From Sedimentisphaera cyanobacteriorum (GTDB lineage: Bacteria > Planctomycetota > Phycisphaerae > Sedimentisphaerales > Sedimentisphaeraceae), in NCBI RefSeq assembly GCF_001997385.1, contig NZ_CP019633.1, positions 1,260,001 through 1,292,000 of the forward strand: 32,000 bases of DNA, written 5' to 3'. Position numbers and translations under genes: made by a program. Below are positions 9,357 through 19,947 of the stretch, piece after piece. Numbering within the stretch: position 1 is the first letter of the stretch; each line of letters opens with the position of its first letter. The notes under the pieces are model-generated. The model saw only the letters and a program-made list of their open reading frames with translations, was not told where the DNA came from and did not search any database.

Positions 9357-9402
9357 CTAAAAATCGGATTCAATGTGATTTAGCTAATCATCATTTGGAC
9401 GG

Positions 9403-11886
9403 CTAATCTACTTTCCATTCAAGTATTCCGCCGGAAAATTCCGGCTTCAGCTGGACAACCAGCCGCAGAGATTCAGTTTTAACTTCCTCAAAGGAAACGG
9501 TATTCCACTTATCCAGCTCTGTGCCGAATTTTTGTCTGGTTTTCACAGGCTTCCATTTGCCGCAATCTTTGTATAGCAGTTTCCAAGACTGCGGCACGCG
9601 GCATCGCCCCCTGCCTGTATCGTCAAACCAATATACGCTTGTCTTCGAAACAGCTTTGGGCTTATCGAAATCGTACTGAACCCATTCCTTCGTGCCTCTA
9701 TGGTCCCACCAAGTAAATCGGTGGACTGACTGGTCGCCTGAGCTTTCAGGGTGCACCTGATCGTACATTGCCTCCAAGGTGTCATTTTCAAACGATGCGC
9801 TTGCCGAGTAAGGCAGAAGCTCCGGAATTTTAGGAGGCTGCCATTGGGCTGCATTTTCGCCGTGCCCCGCTGTGGGGAAAGCTGAGATGCGAAGACGGGC
9901 TGCACCCATCGGTATGAGCTTTATATCTTCAACGGGCTGGTCGGTTTTTACCGGGCTGTCCTGCAGCTCCTGACACAATTCGAATCTGTCCAGCTGCCAC
10001 TGCGGGATTTTTCTTCCCTTGGCCTTCAGCATAATCGGAGCGCCTTCGTGCGTCCAAGGCATCTGATCCGAAGGCCATACCCTCTCAACCAGCTCGAAAG
10101 ACTCCTCAGGACTGTCTGCAAGCTCAAGGGCGTAGTTCCAGTCTGAGGCGGGGTGGATTTCGTAAGCAGGCCATTTATCTGTGCCGCCGGAGCGGAATTT
10201 ATTCTCTTTGATTTTCAATGAGAATGTTATTGGGCCGCGATTAACCGAAACGCTGTCGTGGTTCTCAGTCCATTTCTTAACGGTTATCTTCATCGGCATA
10301 TTGATTTGGAATGTGTCGCCCTTTTGCCATTTTCTGCTGATTTTTACAAATCCGCCGTCATCTTGGTTAGAGAAGGCATATTCCTCGCTGTTTACCATAA
10401 CCTCCGGACTGCTGCACCAGCCGGGGATCCTGAGATAAACGGGGAATTCTGTTGGCTTGCCCGAAGCAATCTCGAAATACACCTTTCCGTCGAATGGGTA
10501 CTTCGTTGTCTGCTTAATTACAAACTCCTCGCCTGCTTTTCCAACCTTCGCAGTTACTTTGCTGTCAGTATAGAAAACTGCTGAAATGCCGTTATCTGCA
10601 GAGGCATACCAAAGGTGCTGGGCGAAATAGGGCCAGCCGTGGCCGAAATTGTGCTGGCAGCAGCGGTGTCTGTGCGGGTTCATATGGAGCATAGGGCCGC
10701 CGTTCTGTATGCCCGGATTATGCTCCTGATCATCGCTTTTAACGTGATTTACCGCCGTGAGATAGCGTATTCCGTCCATCTCAGCGGTGAGAGCAGCGGG
10801 CAGAGAATTAAACGCCACATCCTCGCAGCGGTCTGCCCATACAGTATCGCCTGTGATTGCCATAAGCGTTTCATCCGAGAGCATCTCTTCCACCATCCCG
10901 CAAGTTTCAACGCACTGCCTCGGGTCGTCGTGTCCTTTGCGGCAGTTCTCATCAGAAGCAAACATACCGCCCGGCATCTGTCCGTAGATATCACGAACCT
11001 TCTGCCAGTTGCTGTATGCGCTCATAAGGTCGGAATTCTCGTGAGACTGAAGCCAGTATGTAGCTCCTTCGCCGAAGGCCTGAGCTATATTTACGTTGTG
11101 CCAATTTACAACGTCTTCATCCCAGCGGGCGGTTCGTCTGTGGTTCTTCTCTGCAAGGTCAAGCAGCCACTTCTCGCCGGTGCGGTTGTAGAGCCAGTAG
11201 ATGCTGTAGAGGATGTCTCCGCCTCGCATTTTAGGCCAGTAGCCAAGGAGGTATTTATCCTCAGGGACTTTCGCAAGGTATTTGAAGTAGTTTGTCATCA
11301 GCTCAATCACGCGCTCATCGCCAGAAACATCGTAGTAGTCCTGCAGGCAGAAGAGCATAATAGCATTAGGCCAGAGGTCGTCTCTGCCGCTGAGCTTTGT
11401 AGCAACGCCGGAACGCTTCTTATCCGGGCCGAACCAGCCGTCTTCCTTCTGGCTGTTCAGTGCACCTTCAATCCAGACCATCGCTTCATCTATCATCTGC
11501 TCATCATCGAGAACATAAGCAAGGTTTAGATAGCCCTTCAGCCAGTAAGGCACTTCTTCCCAGCCGCGTTTGCCCTTTCCTTCGGGGCTGAGCCAAGAAT
11601 TTTCCTCTTTTTTGAGGAATCTGCTTATATCCATCAGATGGCCGTGAAACCCTTCAGCCTGAAGCTCGAGCTTTCTTTTGAGCCAGCCTTCCGGCTCGAT
11701 TGAACCGATTGGCAGCTTGATAAGGGGAGTTTCTTTCAGCGGATCCCTGTTTGATACGTAATTTGAGTTGTTCACTGAATCATCAGGCTTTTCCACCAAT
11801 TCTACCTCGCCTGCTTTCAGGCTTGCTGAAATTACCATAAACATTGCCGAAGATAACAATAATCTCCGTAAGATCGGATTCATCAT
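9403..11886 (-). CDS. GH127-like (DUF1680 / beta-L-arabinofuranosidase-like) secreted glycoside hydrolase with a C-terminal carbohydrate-binding-like domain
   Basis: It has a VETC motif and a later RCCQHN motif, matching the Glu-x-Cys plus Cys-Cys zinc/catalytic pattern of GH127. Signal peptide is MMNPILRRLLLSSAMFMVISASLKA. ATG 11886 lies 5 nt after GAGG, whereas the longest ORF starts at a TTG (11916) with no RBS. The C-terminal roughly 130 aa resemble a discoidin/F5-8-like module. Confidence 0.8.
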   Translation of the reverse strand: MMNPILRRLLLSSAMFMVISASLKAGEVELVEKPDDSVNNSNYVSNRDPLKETPLIKLPIGSIEPEGWLKRKLELQAEGFHGHLMDISRFLKKEENSWLSPEGKGKRGWEEVPYWLKGYLNLAYVLDDEQMIDEAMVWIEGALNSQKEDGWFGPDKKRSGVATKLSGRDDLWPNAIMLFCLQDYYDVSGDERVIELMTNYFKYLAKVPEDKYLLGYWPKMRGGDILYSIYWLYNRTGEKWLLDLAEKNHRRTARWDEDVVNWHNVNIAQAFGEGATYWLQSHENSDLMSAYSNWQKVRDIYGQMPGGMFASDENCRKGHDDPRQCVETCGMVEEMLSDETLMAITGDTVWADRCEDVAFNSLPAALTAEMDGIRYLTAVNHVKSDDQEHNPGIQNGGPMLHMNPHRHRCCQHNFGHGWPYFAQHLWYASADNGISAVFYTDSKVTAKVGKAGEEFVIKQTTKYPFDGKVYFEIASGKPTEFPVYLRIPGWCSSPEVMVNSEEYAFSNQDDGGFVKISRKWQKGDTFQINMPMKITVKKWTENHDSVSVNRGPITFSLKIKENKFRSGGTDKWPAYEIHPASDWNYALELADSPEESFELVERVWPSDQMPWTHEGAPIMLKAKGRKIPQWQLDRFELCQELQDSPVKTDQPVEDIKLIPMGAARLRISAFPTAGHGENAAQWQPPKIPELLPYSASASFENDTLEAMYDQVHPESSGDQSVHRFTWWDHRGTKEWVQYDFDKPKAVSKTSVYWFDDTGRGRCRVPQSWKLLYKDCGKWKPVKTRQKFGTELDKWNTVSFEEVKTESLRLVVQLKPEFSGGILEWKVD

Positions 11887-12087
11887 AAAAACCTCGCATA
11901 TAAAAACAAATATCAAGATACGAAAACAATTCTGAACTGCAGAATTTATTACTCTAAATTAAACTTTCGAACTATAAATGTCAGCAGAGCTGAAAATTTA
12001 CACATTTTTTTAAAAAACTGCTCGTTAATTAGGTTATGAGGTTTTAAGATTCATCTGCAACAAAAAAACGCAGAATCAGCCGGCGGC

Positions 12088-15000
12088 TCATTGCTGGGAT
12101 GCGATTATATTGCTCTGGAGCCAATGCGAGCAAATCACAGCAAAATCATACAGATTAACAAAGCAGTCTCTATGCTGCTGGCCTGTTCCGGCTTCGCCGG
12201 CGAAATCAAATTCCGGATACGATGCACAATCGAGCTGGTTTTCTCCAGTTAGCCAGCTTTGAGCAAGAGCAGAGAGGTCGTAGAAATCGACAATGCAGTC
12301 TCTATACTGCTCTCCTGCCCCGCCCGGGCCTGCGATATCGTATTGCGGATAAGCAAGGCAAATTTCCGCCTCTGGGACAAAATCGAGATAGAGATTCGCC
12401 GCATCAATCGGAGCCAATGGATAAGTCCAAACCCGAACATCATCAATGAGGCCGTTAAAAGCATCATTTGAGGAAAGCCCTGATGCCCCTATCACGAATT
12501 CAGCAGGAGAGCCTTGCGGAGTTCCAAGAGAATCGGCAGTTTTGGCGAGCTCGCCGTCTATGTAAATGCGTCCTTCGCTGTTTGCAGGGTCGTAAGCCGC
12601 TGTTAGAAGATGCCAGCTCTCATCGCATACATTTCCCCCTGAGTTCATATAATACCAGCCTCCGTGAAGGATGCTCACAGCATTTCCTAGATAGTTTGCC
12701 CCAACGGAGAAGCCCTTTGAGCCTGACTCTGAAAGCTTTCCTGCAAAGCCGGCCGGCAGGGAGGTCTGGCTTTTGCTTTTCACCCAGAAGCTGAGGGTAT
12801 AGCCGCGTGTGAAGAAATTGAAGAAATCCTCGCTTTCCTGAATAACAGCGGCGGAGCTGATTGTACCATCCAAATTCAGGCACGCCCCGTCAATACCTGA
12901 AGCTGAAAATGCGGGAGAGTTTGCTGCACCGTTGCGGGGCTGAGCAGAAGGGACGTTCTGATTGACCGAATCGGAGAGGTTGCTGTCAAATTTCCACCAG
13001 CCAGCAAGCCTTTCAGTGATCACTTGAGCAGGTTCAGTTTCAGCAGCAGCACCATCCTGATTATACACAACGCAGGAATATTCCCCCTCATCCTCCGGCT
13101 GAACATTCATCAACACAAGGCTTGGGCCGTCTTCGCCAAAATGCTCTGTGTTCGTTGGGTCGTCGGGGATGGGTAAGCCGTTCTTATGCCACCGATATTC
13201 GGATATGTCTGTCCCGCTTATTGTGAGCTGAACGCTCTGCCCTGCGGGCACCGTTTCGCTTTCGGGCTGGGAGGAAATCTCCGGCGGGGATACTGTTATC
13301 GTATCATCAAAATCACACATAAGAGCCGCAGGTTCGCTGAGCCCGGCAAGGAGCAAAGAGATTCGTATTCGGCGCAGGCCTCCATCTGCCTCCGCCCAGC
13401 CCGCAGGCTGCCAAGAGCTTACAGGCAGGATGAATTCTCTCTGATTCCAAATGTCCGAGGTGCTGGAATAAACAGCATCGCCCGGGGCGAACCAGCCTAT
13501 ATCATCAAAGCTGAGGGGATTACCGGCAGAGGAATCTGCAATAATATGCGATTCTACTGCCTCTTCGCCGCTTAGATAATCCAGACGCAGCATAAGCGAG
13601 CTATCCTGCGGGAGGGGCGAAGGCAGACCGACGCCTGAGAAATCTGCTTTTACGAAATAATTGTGCTCGGGAACTTCTCTGAGATTCACGCTTGCGCAGC
13701 CTGCGCCTGAGTCGTTCTTCACGCCGAGAATCATCCTGCCCTGCTGCTGGTCGAAGTATCCCATGCCCTCCGGTTCGGGCGGGGTGAGATATCCCCACTT
13801 GCTGGAAGTCATATCGTTTTTGCGAGGGACATACATATCATGGCAGGAGTAAACCCCGCGCTGGATTTTGCTCTCGCGAAGGGCAAGGCTGCTCTCGGGG
13901 CTGAGCTGATAGTAGTTCTGCCCCGGATAAATCTCAGGGCTGCCGTTTACTGCCATAAAAATAATCTCCCCGGCTTCATAGGGCATCTGCCAGGTATTCT
14001 CGTCAATTCGAACAGCATCATTTTTCGCAGTCCAGAATGAAGGTGCATACATATCGGTGCTGTCATAATCAAGCTTCCAGAAAGCCGCTTCATCCGAGGC
14101 GGTGAGCCCTGCGTTATTCAGCGTTATATCAGCGCTGCCTGCGGAACCGGAATCGTTGCAGAAAAATGCATAGAAGCCGTCTGCGGGCTGGAAAGACGCG
14201 AGGCAGTTGAGCGGGGATGAATTCTGGGCGGCCAATCTGCCCTCAGGCATAGCGTTATAGACTTCCAGAAAGCGAACCCTCGGCTCCTGATTGTAGTCTC
14301 TGAGCATAACATTTAATGAAACGTAAGCAAGCTCGGGGATATCGGCAAGGTCTAAGAGCCATTTAATCTCGGCAATGGAGCTCTCGGGGGGCTTAGTTTT
14401 GTAATACTTTGCCTCATTGATGAAAATTGAAGTTTTGTTGAAGCGGTTAATCTTTTCAGGATGCAGCTCTGCCATAAGATTCTTCAGCGCAAAGCGGCTG
14501 TTTGGTATATGGTGAGAGGGAATATTCGTTCCGCGGTAAGATTGAATTGTGAGATAATCAAAGGGATACTCCCGTGCGTTCTGCTCTTCCATCTCAGCCC
14601 AGAAGTGGGCGGCATTTCCGAGGCCGGAGCCTCCGATCGTGCCGTAATCTGAAATAAGATTGAAACTGCTCCACTCAGACATCGCAGAATTCTGCTGAAT
14701 ACCGGCGATTTTGTAATCGGGGTCAATATCCTTTATCAGAGGCACTAAATTGCCGTAAAAATCATTGATAAACATCTCGAGGTTGTTCATCTTATCCGCA
14801 GCAGTAAGATTGTCCCATGGGGTAGGATCGCCGAGGCAATGCTCCACCTCCTGCCAGAAAGACCAGATAGTGGGCACAAAATCGGGTTCATTATCGTGCA
14901 TTTTTTCGATAAGCTCGCCCATTTTTTGAGCAAAAAGCGGGCGGTCTGCCTGTGCGGACGGGGGGTTGTAGTCGCTGGGTTTGGGATCGCTCGGGGCAAT

Positions 15001-15468
15001 CTCTCTGAACGGGTCGAGAGTGAAATAATCATCGTCGGGGTTATCGTTTGCTAAATACGGAACTCCGTCCCAGCGGATATAATTTAGAAGGCCAGCCGAA
15101 AGACACTCCGAGCGTCTTTCAATCCAGTTCAAATCGCAGTTTGCCTGCACCTGGCCCTGCTGGTCGATATAGAAAAGCCCGTTGGGATTGTTCGGATTGA
15201 GCGGATTGTTGCCAATCATCGTATCAGAGCCGTTTTTGTAATTATTGCGGGATTCCCTGATATTCGAATCAATCATCAGACATTTCATCTCATCCATGCG
15301 GGCTATCATCTCGTTATGGTCGCGGCGTTCTGTATTATCAAAGAAAACGCCGTCGCTGAATTTGTTCACAACAGGCGGATACTGAGCTTGAGATACATCA
15401 AAAACAATCTCACCCTGCCCCGCTGCAAATGAACAGAAAATTAAAATAAATACAAATATTGCTGTCAT
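12088..15468 (-). CDS. Large secreted multidomain protein: unclassified N-terminal region, Ig I-set domain, LamG domain and two dockerin-like repeats
   Basis: ATG 15468 is preceded by AAGGAA; the longest ORF starts at TTG 15486. Ig-like segment: YRWHKNG...EDEGEYSCVVYN. LamG-like segment: YTLSFWVKS...WHLLTAAYD...GRIYIDGEL...DDVRVWTY. There are two C-terminal repeats, YRDCIVDFYDLSALAQSWL and HRDCFVNLYDFAVICSHWL. The N-terminal roughly 700 aa match no family I can name. Confidence 0.75.
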   Translation of the reverse strand: MTAIFVFILIFCSFAAGQGEIVFDVSQAQYPPVVNKFSDGVFFDNTERRDHNEMIARMDEMKCLMIDSNIRESRNNYKNGSDTMIGNNPLNPNNPNGLFYIDQQGQVQANCDLNWIERRSECLSAGLLNYIRWDGVPYLANDNPDDDYFTLDPFREIAPSDPKPSDYNPPSAQADRPLFAQKMGELIEKMHDNEPDFVPTIWSFWQEVEHCLGDPTPWDNLTAADKMNNLEMFINDFYGNLVPLIKDIDPDYKIAGIQQNSAMSEWSSFNLISDYGTIGGSGLGNAAHFWAEMEEQNAREYPFDYLTIQSYRGTNIPSHHIPNSRFALKNLMAELHPEKINRFNKTSIFINEAKYYKTKPPESSIAEIKWLLDLADIPELAYVSLNVMLRDYNQEPRVRFLEVYNAMPEGRLAAQNSSPLNCLASFQPADGFYAFFCNDSGSAGSADITLNNAGLTASDEAAFWKLDYDSTDMYAPSFWTAKNDAVRIDENTWQMPYEAGEIIFMAVNGSPEIYPGQNYYQLSPESSLALRESKIQRGVYSCHDMYVPRKNDMTSSKWGYLTPPEPEGMGYFDQQQGRMILGVKNDSGAGCASVNLREVPEHNYFVKADFSGVGLPSPLPQDSSLMLRLDYLSGEEAVESHIIADSSAGNPLSFDDIGWFAPGDAVYSSTSDIWNQREFILPVSSWQPAGWAEADGGLRRIRISLLLAGLSEPAALMCDFDDTITVSPPEISSQPESETVPAGQSVQLTISGTDISEYRWHKNGLPIPDDPTNTEHFGEDGPSLVLMNVQPEDEGEYSCVVYNQDGAAAETEPAQVITERLAGWWKFDSNLSDSVNQNVPSAQPRNGAANSPAFSASGIDGACLNLDGTISSAAVIQESEDFFNFFTRGYTLSFWVKSKSQTSLPAGFAGKLSESGSKGFSVGANYLGNAVSILHGGWYYMNSGGNVCDESWHLLTAAYDPANSEGRIYIDGELAKTADSLGTPQGSPAEFVIGASGLSSNDAFNGLIDDVRVWTYPLAPIDAANLYLDFVPEAEICLAYPQYDIAGPGGAGEQYRDCIVDFYDLSALAQSWLTGENQLDCASYPEFDFAGEAGTGQQHRDCFVNLYDFAVICSHWLQSNIIASQQ

Positions 15469-15514
15469 ATTATTCCTTAAAAACAAAATATATTTGTGTT
15501 ACGTGACGATACAG

Positions 15515-15547
15515 GAAAAGTCCCGCTGGATTTTTCGCCAACGGGTC
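15515..15547 (-). terminator. Probable terminator after the 719-aa LamG/Ig gene
   Basis: On the minus strand, GACCCGTTGG / CCAGCGGGAC forms a 10-bp stem with one mismatch and one G-U pair, followed by CTTTTC. Confidence 0.45.
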
Positions 15548-15582
15548 TTAATTTGTTTATGCGATGATTCTACTCTATCTTT

Positions 15583-17742
15583 TTAGAAATCGCAAGCTGA
15601 TGATGGAAGCAGGTTACACTCTCCCCAATCAGCGGCGAACACAGCAAAATCAGCGAGGGTTACTTCGCAATCGCCGTTGATATCGAACTGCAAGTCTGAT
15701 GAATACGGGTCTGTACAGACAGTTTCACCTGTGATATCGTAGTATTCTGCAACAATTTCTTCGCCGGTAAGGGCATAGTTGTACATTTTAATCTCATCGA
15801 ATACACCTACAGCCGGTCTGTCCAGCGTACCATCTGCGAGAATTCCGTTGCACAGTAGATATACAGGATTTTCCGCCTTTGAAACCTGATAAGTCTCGTC
15901 AACGGCAACAAGTGCCCCGTTTATGTACATCTTGCCAACTTCGCCTGCTTCATTAACAAGGGCGACGTGTGTCCATTCGCCTGGAGTTAGTTTGTCTGCA
16001 TCAAGATTGCCCCAGGCATCGTATCCCGGAGCGTTTGCATGAAGCTGTCCGTCGGCTGAAAGCTCAAAGAACCAGTTGTTGCCGTTCTCGCCCGTGCTTG
16101 AAACGAGGCCTGCCCAGAATCCGCCTGGTGATTCCTCGCCGCTCCATTTCACCCACAGCGAAATACTCATTTCGTTTGTGTAGGCAGCGGGGGCAAACGG
16201 CTGAGTTACCGCTGCTGCAAACGGCTCTGGAACAGTATCGAGGGCCTGGCCGGTCTTTGCAGGGTCAACACCGTCAACCCACTGCTCGGGCTGAGGAACT
16301 ATGTTTGGGTCTGCATCATGTCCTTCGCCTGAGGCGTCTGTGTAATCGCCGTCCAGGGGCCAGTAGCCAATCGTACGTTTAACACCGAGCTTGGCAGATG
16401 CAGTATCAACGCTGCCGTCTGCATTTCCAACTCTGCAGAGATATTCGCCCTGATCAGCTATCTCAATATTGGCCACTTCAAGCGTTGAAACGTAGCTGTC
16501 GCCGTGCTGAGAGCCTGAGATAGTAATATCGGGGTCTGCATCATCAAGGATGATTTCCGGCTCGCCTGCCTTAACCCAGAATACGTTAGCAGGGCTTTTG
16601 CTTGTAAATTCACAGCTCATGCTAAGCGTTTCTCCGGCAAAGCCGGCAGCATCAGCTGGTTGTGAATCGATAACCGGTATTGCAGGAAGAGCGGTAAAGC
16701 TCCAGACAGGGCCGGTTATATTGGCAGAATCGCCTTTTGATGCGCCGCCGATCTGCTCTTCAACCTGCCAGTAAAGTTCATCACCGAGCTGGAAGCTGTA
16801 AGGCACAGTAAGCGGATCATTGCCTGCGGCCACGAAAGTTTCAAAATCAACGGTATTTGCCTGATTCGGATCCGGCGAATAGCTGCTGTAAACAGTGATG
16901 AAATGGCCTGTAATATTCGGGTTCACAAAGCCCGGATTTTCAGGGTCTTCTGCGGCATCGAACTGAAGCTGTGTAACGGCATCTGGGTCCACATCTATTT
17001 CACCATTTGCGGGGCTCGGGTCGTTAGGGAGCACATCAAAATTTACATCGTAAAAGATCTGCGCCCTGATATTGCCTACCACAGGATTGGTAAAGGTACG
17101 GATATTTGCAGTGTTGTAAATATCTGGTGCTTCGGAATTACCGGTCATTGCGCCGAGATTTCCAGGGCCTCCGGCAATGCCGCCCTCGTGAGTTCCGAGG
17201 AAGGTAACAGTACGGCTGCCGCTAAGATCTATCTGGCCATCGAAACCTGTTACCGAATAGCTCACAGCCTCTCCGTCCACTTCGCCATAGCCTTGTCCTG
17301 CGGGGGCATCGTAAGCAAAATATACGGTCTGCTCGGTATCAGCAACTGCAGCTCCGACAGGAAGGCTTATGCTGTTGTCGCTGAGGTCTGTATCATACAT
17401 GCCGGATGGATATGCATTGCCGCTTCCATCGTCTTTTGCATAGAAGACATACATTCCATTGGTTATGTAAATTCCTGAGCCGTTGCCGTTTCCGCCGTTC
17501 TCAAGCACTACAACAGAGCCGCTGTATGAATTTGAGATATCATCAGCACTTGGCGTACAGACAACGGCGAATGTTGTTTTGTAGCTGGTATTCGCAGTAA
17601 CAGTGTTTGCGTTATCCAGAGGTGTGGTTCCATCGTATTCAGCAGCTGCATCATCAAGGCCGGGCACAATATCGCCCGCTGCCGCAAAACCTGCAATAAA
17701 GCAGGCGAAAAGAATTGTAAGTAGTTTTATTTTTGCATTCAT
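15583..17742 (-). CDS. Secreted LamG/Ig-domain protein with a C-terminal dockerin-like module
   Basis: 719 aa with RBS AGGAGA and signal peptide MNAKIKLLTILFACFIAGFAAAG. Order of modules: N-terminal lectin-like region (VVVLENGG...GIYITNGMYVFY); FN3-like PNDPSPANGEIDVDP...WQVEEQ; Ig I-set (ADQGEYLCRVGN); LamG (ISLWVKWSG...WTHVALV...MYINGALV...FDEIKMYNYAL); then DINGDCEVTLADFAVFAADW. Confidence 0.8.
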   Translation of the reverse strand: MNAKIKLLTILFACFIAGFAAAGDIVPGLDDAAAEYDGTTPLDNANTVTANTSYKTTFAVVCTPSADDISNSYSGSVVVLENGGNGNGSGIYITNGMYVFYAKDDGSGNAYPSGMYDTDLSDNSISLPVGAAVADTEQTVYFAYDAPAGQGYGEVDGEAVSYSVTGFDGQIDLSGSRTVTFLGTHEGGIAGGPGNLGAMTGNSEAPDIYNTANIRTFTNPVVGNIRAQIFYDVNFDVLPNDPSPANGEIDVDPDAVTQLQFDAAEDPENPGFVNPNITGHFITVYSSYSPDPNQANTVDFETFVAAGNDPLTVPYSFQLGDELYWQVEEQIGGASKGDSANITGPVWSFTALPAIPVIDSQPADAAGFAGETLSMSCEFTSKSPANVFWVKAGEPEIILDDADPDITISGSQHGDSYVSTLEVANIEIADQGEYLCRVGNADGSVDTASAKLGVKRTIGYWPLDGDYTDASGEGHDADPNIVPQPEQWVDGVDPAKTGQALDTVPEPFAAAVTQPFAPAAYTNEMSISLWVKWSGEESPGGFWAGLVSSTGENGNNWFFELSADGQLHANAPGYDAWGNLDADKLTPGEWTHVALVNEAGEVGKMYINGALVAVDETYQVSKAENPVYLLCNGILADGTLDRPAVGVFDEIKMYNYALTGEEIVAEYYDITGETVCTDPYSSDLQFDINGDCEVTLADFAVFAADWGECNLLPSSACDF

Positions 17743-17781
17743 TTTATTATCTCCTAATAGGTCTTAAACATCTCTCAACAA

Positions 17782-19947
17782 TTACAGCGAACCGTCTGAA
17801 GGATAAAGCTTGGAATTAAGCCAGCCTCCGGCAGCAGCCTGAAGGTCGCTAAGGCTAACCTGACAGTCTCCGTCGAAATCGTACTGGAGATTTTCTGCAT
17901 TAAAATCAGAGCATACCGATTCGCCTGTAACGTCGTAGTAAAGCTGGGCTACCTCATCATCGCTGAGCATATAGTTGTACACCCTAGCATCATCAATATA
18001 CCCGTATGCAGGTTTGTTTGTATTGCTGCCTTCACAGCCAACATAGATGTTTGTCTCATTAGTGGCGATTGAAAAATCAGAGTCTTCAAGCACCAGCTGA
18101 CCATTCATATAAAGCTTTCCGCTTTCAGTATTTGCAGCTACGGTTACAAGAACCCATTCGTCCTGAATAAGATTAGTAATTGAACCGGGCAGGAAGTTGT
18201 CAAACAATGGGTCCATATTTCCATTGGGGCTGTTAATATGCAGTCTCCCGGCTCCTCTGTTTGCCTGAATGGCGAAATTAAAGCCGCCGCCTCCATCGTT
18301 TCCAAACCAGTGAGACCAAAAACCGCCGGCAGGGTTAGGCCCGCTCCACTGAATCCAGGCTGATAAAGTAATCATATCTGTTCCTTCGCCCGGATAGAGC
18401 ATTCCGGCAGTGTTTCCGCCGGAGCTGGATGGGTCAGCGCTTTCATCGGCAAAATCCTTGAGGTTAAGGGCCTGACCTATAACACCTTCTGTCCACTGGC
18501 CTGTAAGCTCAGAGTCGTAAGGGATTATATCATAGCCAGAGGCAGAGTCTGTGTAATCGCCTTCAAACTGGTAATGGGCTACGAGCCTTTTGAGCTTGAG
18601 CGAAGCGCTGTCTGAAGTATTTGTGCCGTTCAGGTTTTCTGCCTGACAGTAATACTGGCCTTCGTCGGCAATTTCAAGGTTTGTGATTGTGAGGGTTGAA
18701 GTATAGTCTTAACCGTCCTGAACGGTTGTGATTGTGATGTCCGGATCGGAATCATCAACCAAAACATCAGGCTCGCCAACCTTATACCAATTCAAAGATG
18801 AAATCGGCTCGCCTGAATTGATCCCGCATACAAATACAGCATCCTCATCTTCAAATACGAGCTGATCATCTGGATTGTCTAAAAACGATGGAATGGTCTT
18901 GAGAGTTTTGAAAGACCAAACCGGGCCTTTGATGTTCTCTTCGCTGCCCTTGGCTGCGCCGTTGATCTGCTCTTCAATCTGCCAGAACACCTCATCGCCT
19001 CTCTGGAATGAATAATGGAAGCTGATGGGGTCTTCGCCGGCTGCGATTGTGTCTTCAGAGATAATCTGATCCATATTCGGCTCGCCGTCAGCGCCTTCAT
19101 AGAATGTAACGAAATGTGCAGTTACATCAGGATTCTGAGCGCCCGGGTTTGCAAGGTCTTCTGCAGTGTAGAAAGAAAGGCTTGTGGTTGTGCTCGGGTC
19201 CACATTTATCTCGCCTGATGCAGGATTAGGGTCGTGCGGGATGTAGGAATCATCAAATACATCATTAAAAATCTGCCCGCGGATATCAGCACCTTCAACT
19301 CCCTGCATACTGAAGATATGATCGGCATTGAGAAGATCCATCTGACCGTTATCTCCGCCTGTTAAACCGCCCATATGGTCGGAATTCAAGCCGCCTGCAC
19401 CGAGAAATGCAACGGAATTGTTTCCTGTGAGGTTGGTTTGTGCAGGGTAGTTGTTGAATTTTTTTACTGCATAATCACCGCTGATGCTGTATGCAATTTT
19501 CCCTGTTGAAAGCTCGAGAGAAAGGAACACCTCTACCTGCTCTTCGGCCTGAAGATCGCCGAGAATAACAGATGCGGCGCCGTCTCCCAAATTAAGGTCT
19601 TCAAGCCCTGTTTGAGGAGTTCCCCCAGCACCGGTCTTGATGGCATAAACAAGGGTTCCGTTGCAGATGTAGAGCCCGCTTCCGTAAGTTGTACCGCCTA
19701 CCTCAAGAACAACTATTGGGTTAGCATCGTCGCTAACATCAATAGCCGCTGGTGTGAAGCGTGCAGCAAAGGTGATCTGGCTGCCTGGGCTGATATTAAC
19801 AGGATCGCTTGTCTGGCCATCCCTTGCAGCGGTATAATCGCAGAGCGCATCGGCATCATCAAAGCCGGGAACAATACCCCCAGCCCAGACGCCCGCTGCA
19901 GCGAGAACTGAACACAAAAAGATTAACGATTTCATTTTTTTCAGCAT
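17782..19947 (-). pseudogene. Paralog of the 719-aa LamG/Ig gene, interrupted by one in-frame TAA
   Basis: The two track ORFs (18709-19953 and 17782-18402) and the 306 nt between them share one frame. The gap translates as DYTSTLTITNLEIADEGQYYCQAENLNG..., the missing Ig domain, colinear with the neighbouring paralog. TAA at 18709-18711 is the only interruption. The likely start is ATG 19947, 8 nt after GGAGG. Confidence 0.75.

Noticed and set aside
10615-11529. 304-aa plus-strand ORF inside the GH127-like gene. Similar long antisense ORFs occur at 13186-13575, 15969-16382, 16903-17478 and 27331-27867.
   Set aside because: All lie antisense to genes with clear domain content, have no RBS or motif support, and show compositions typical of antisense frames.
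18709-18711. Reading the in-frame stop as programmed recoding (selenocysteine, pyrrolysine or read-through).
   Set aside because: The codon is TAA, not TGA or TAG, and I see no SECIS- or PYLIS-like structure downstream. A nonsense mutation or sequencing error is the simpler explanation.
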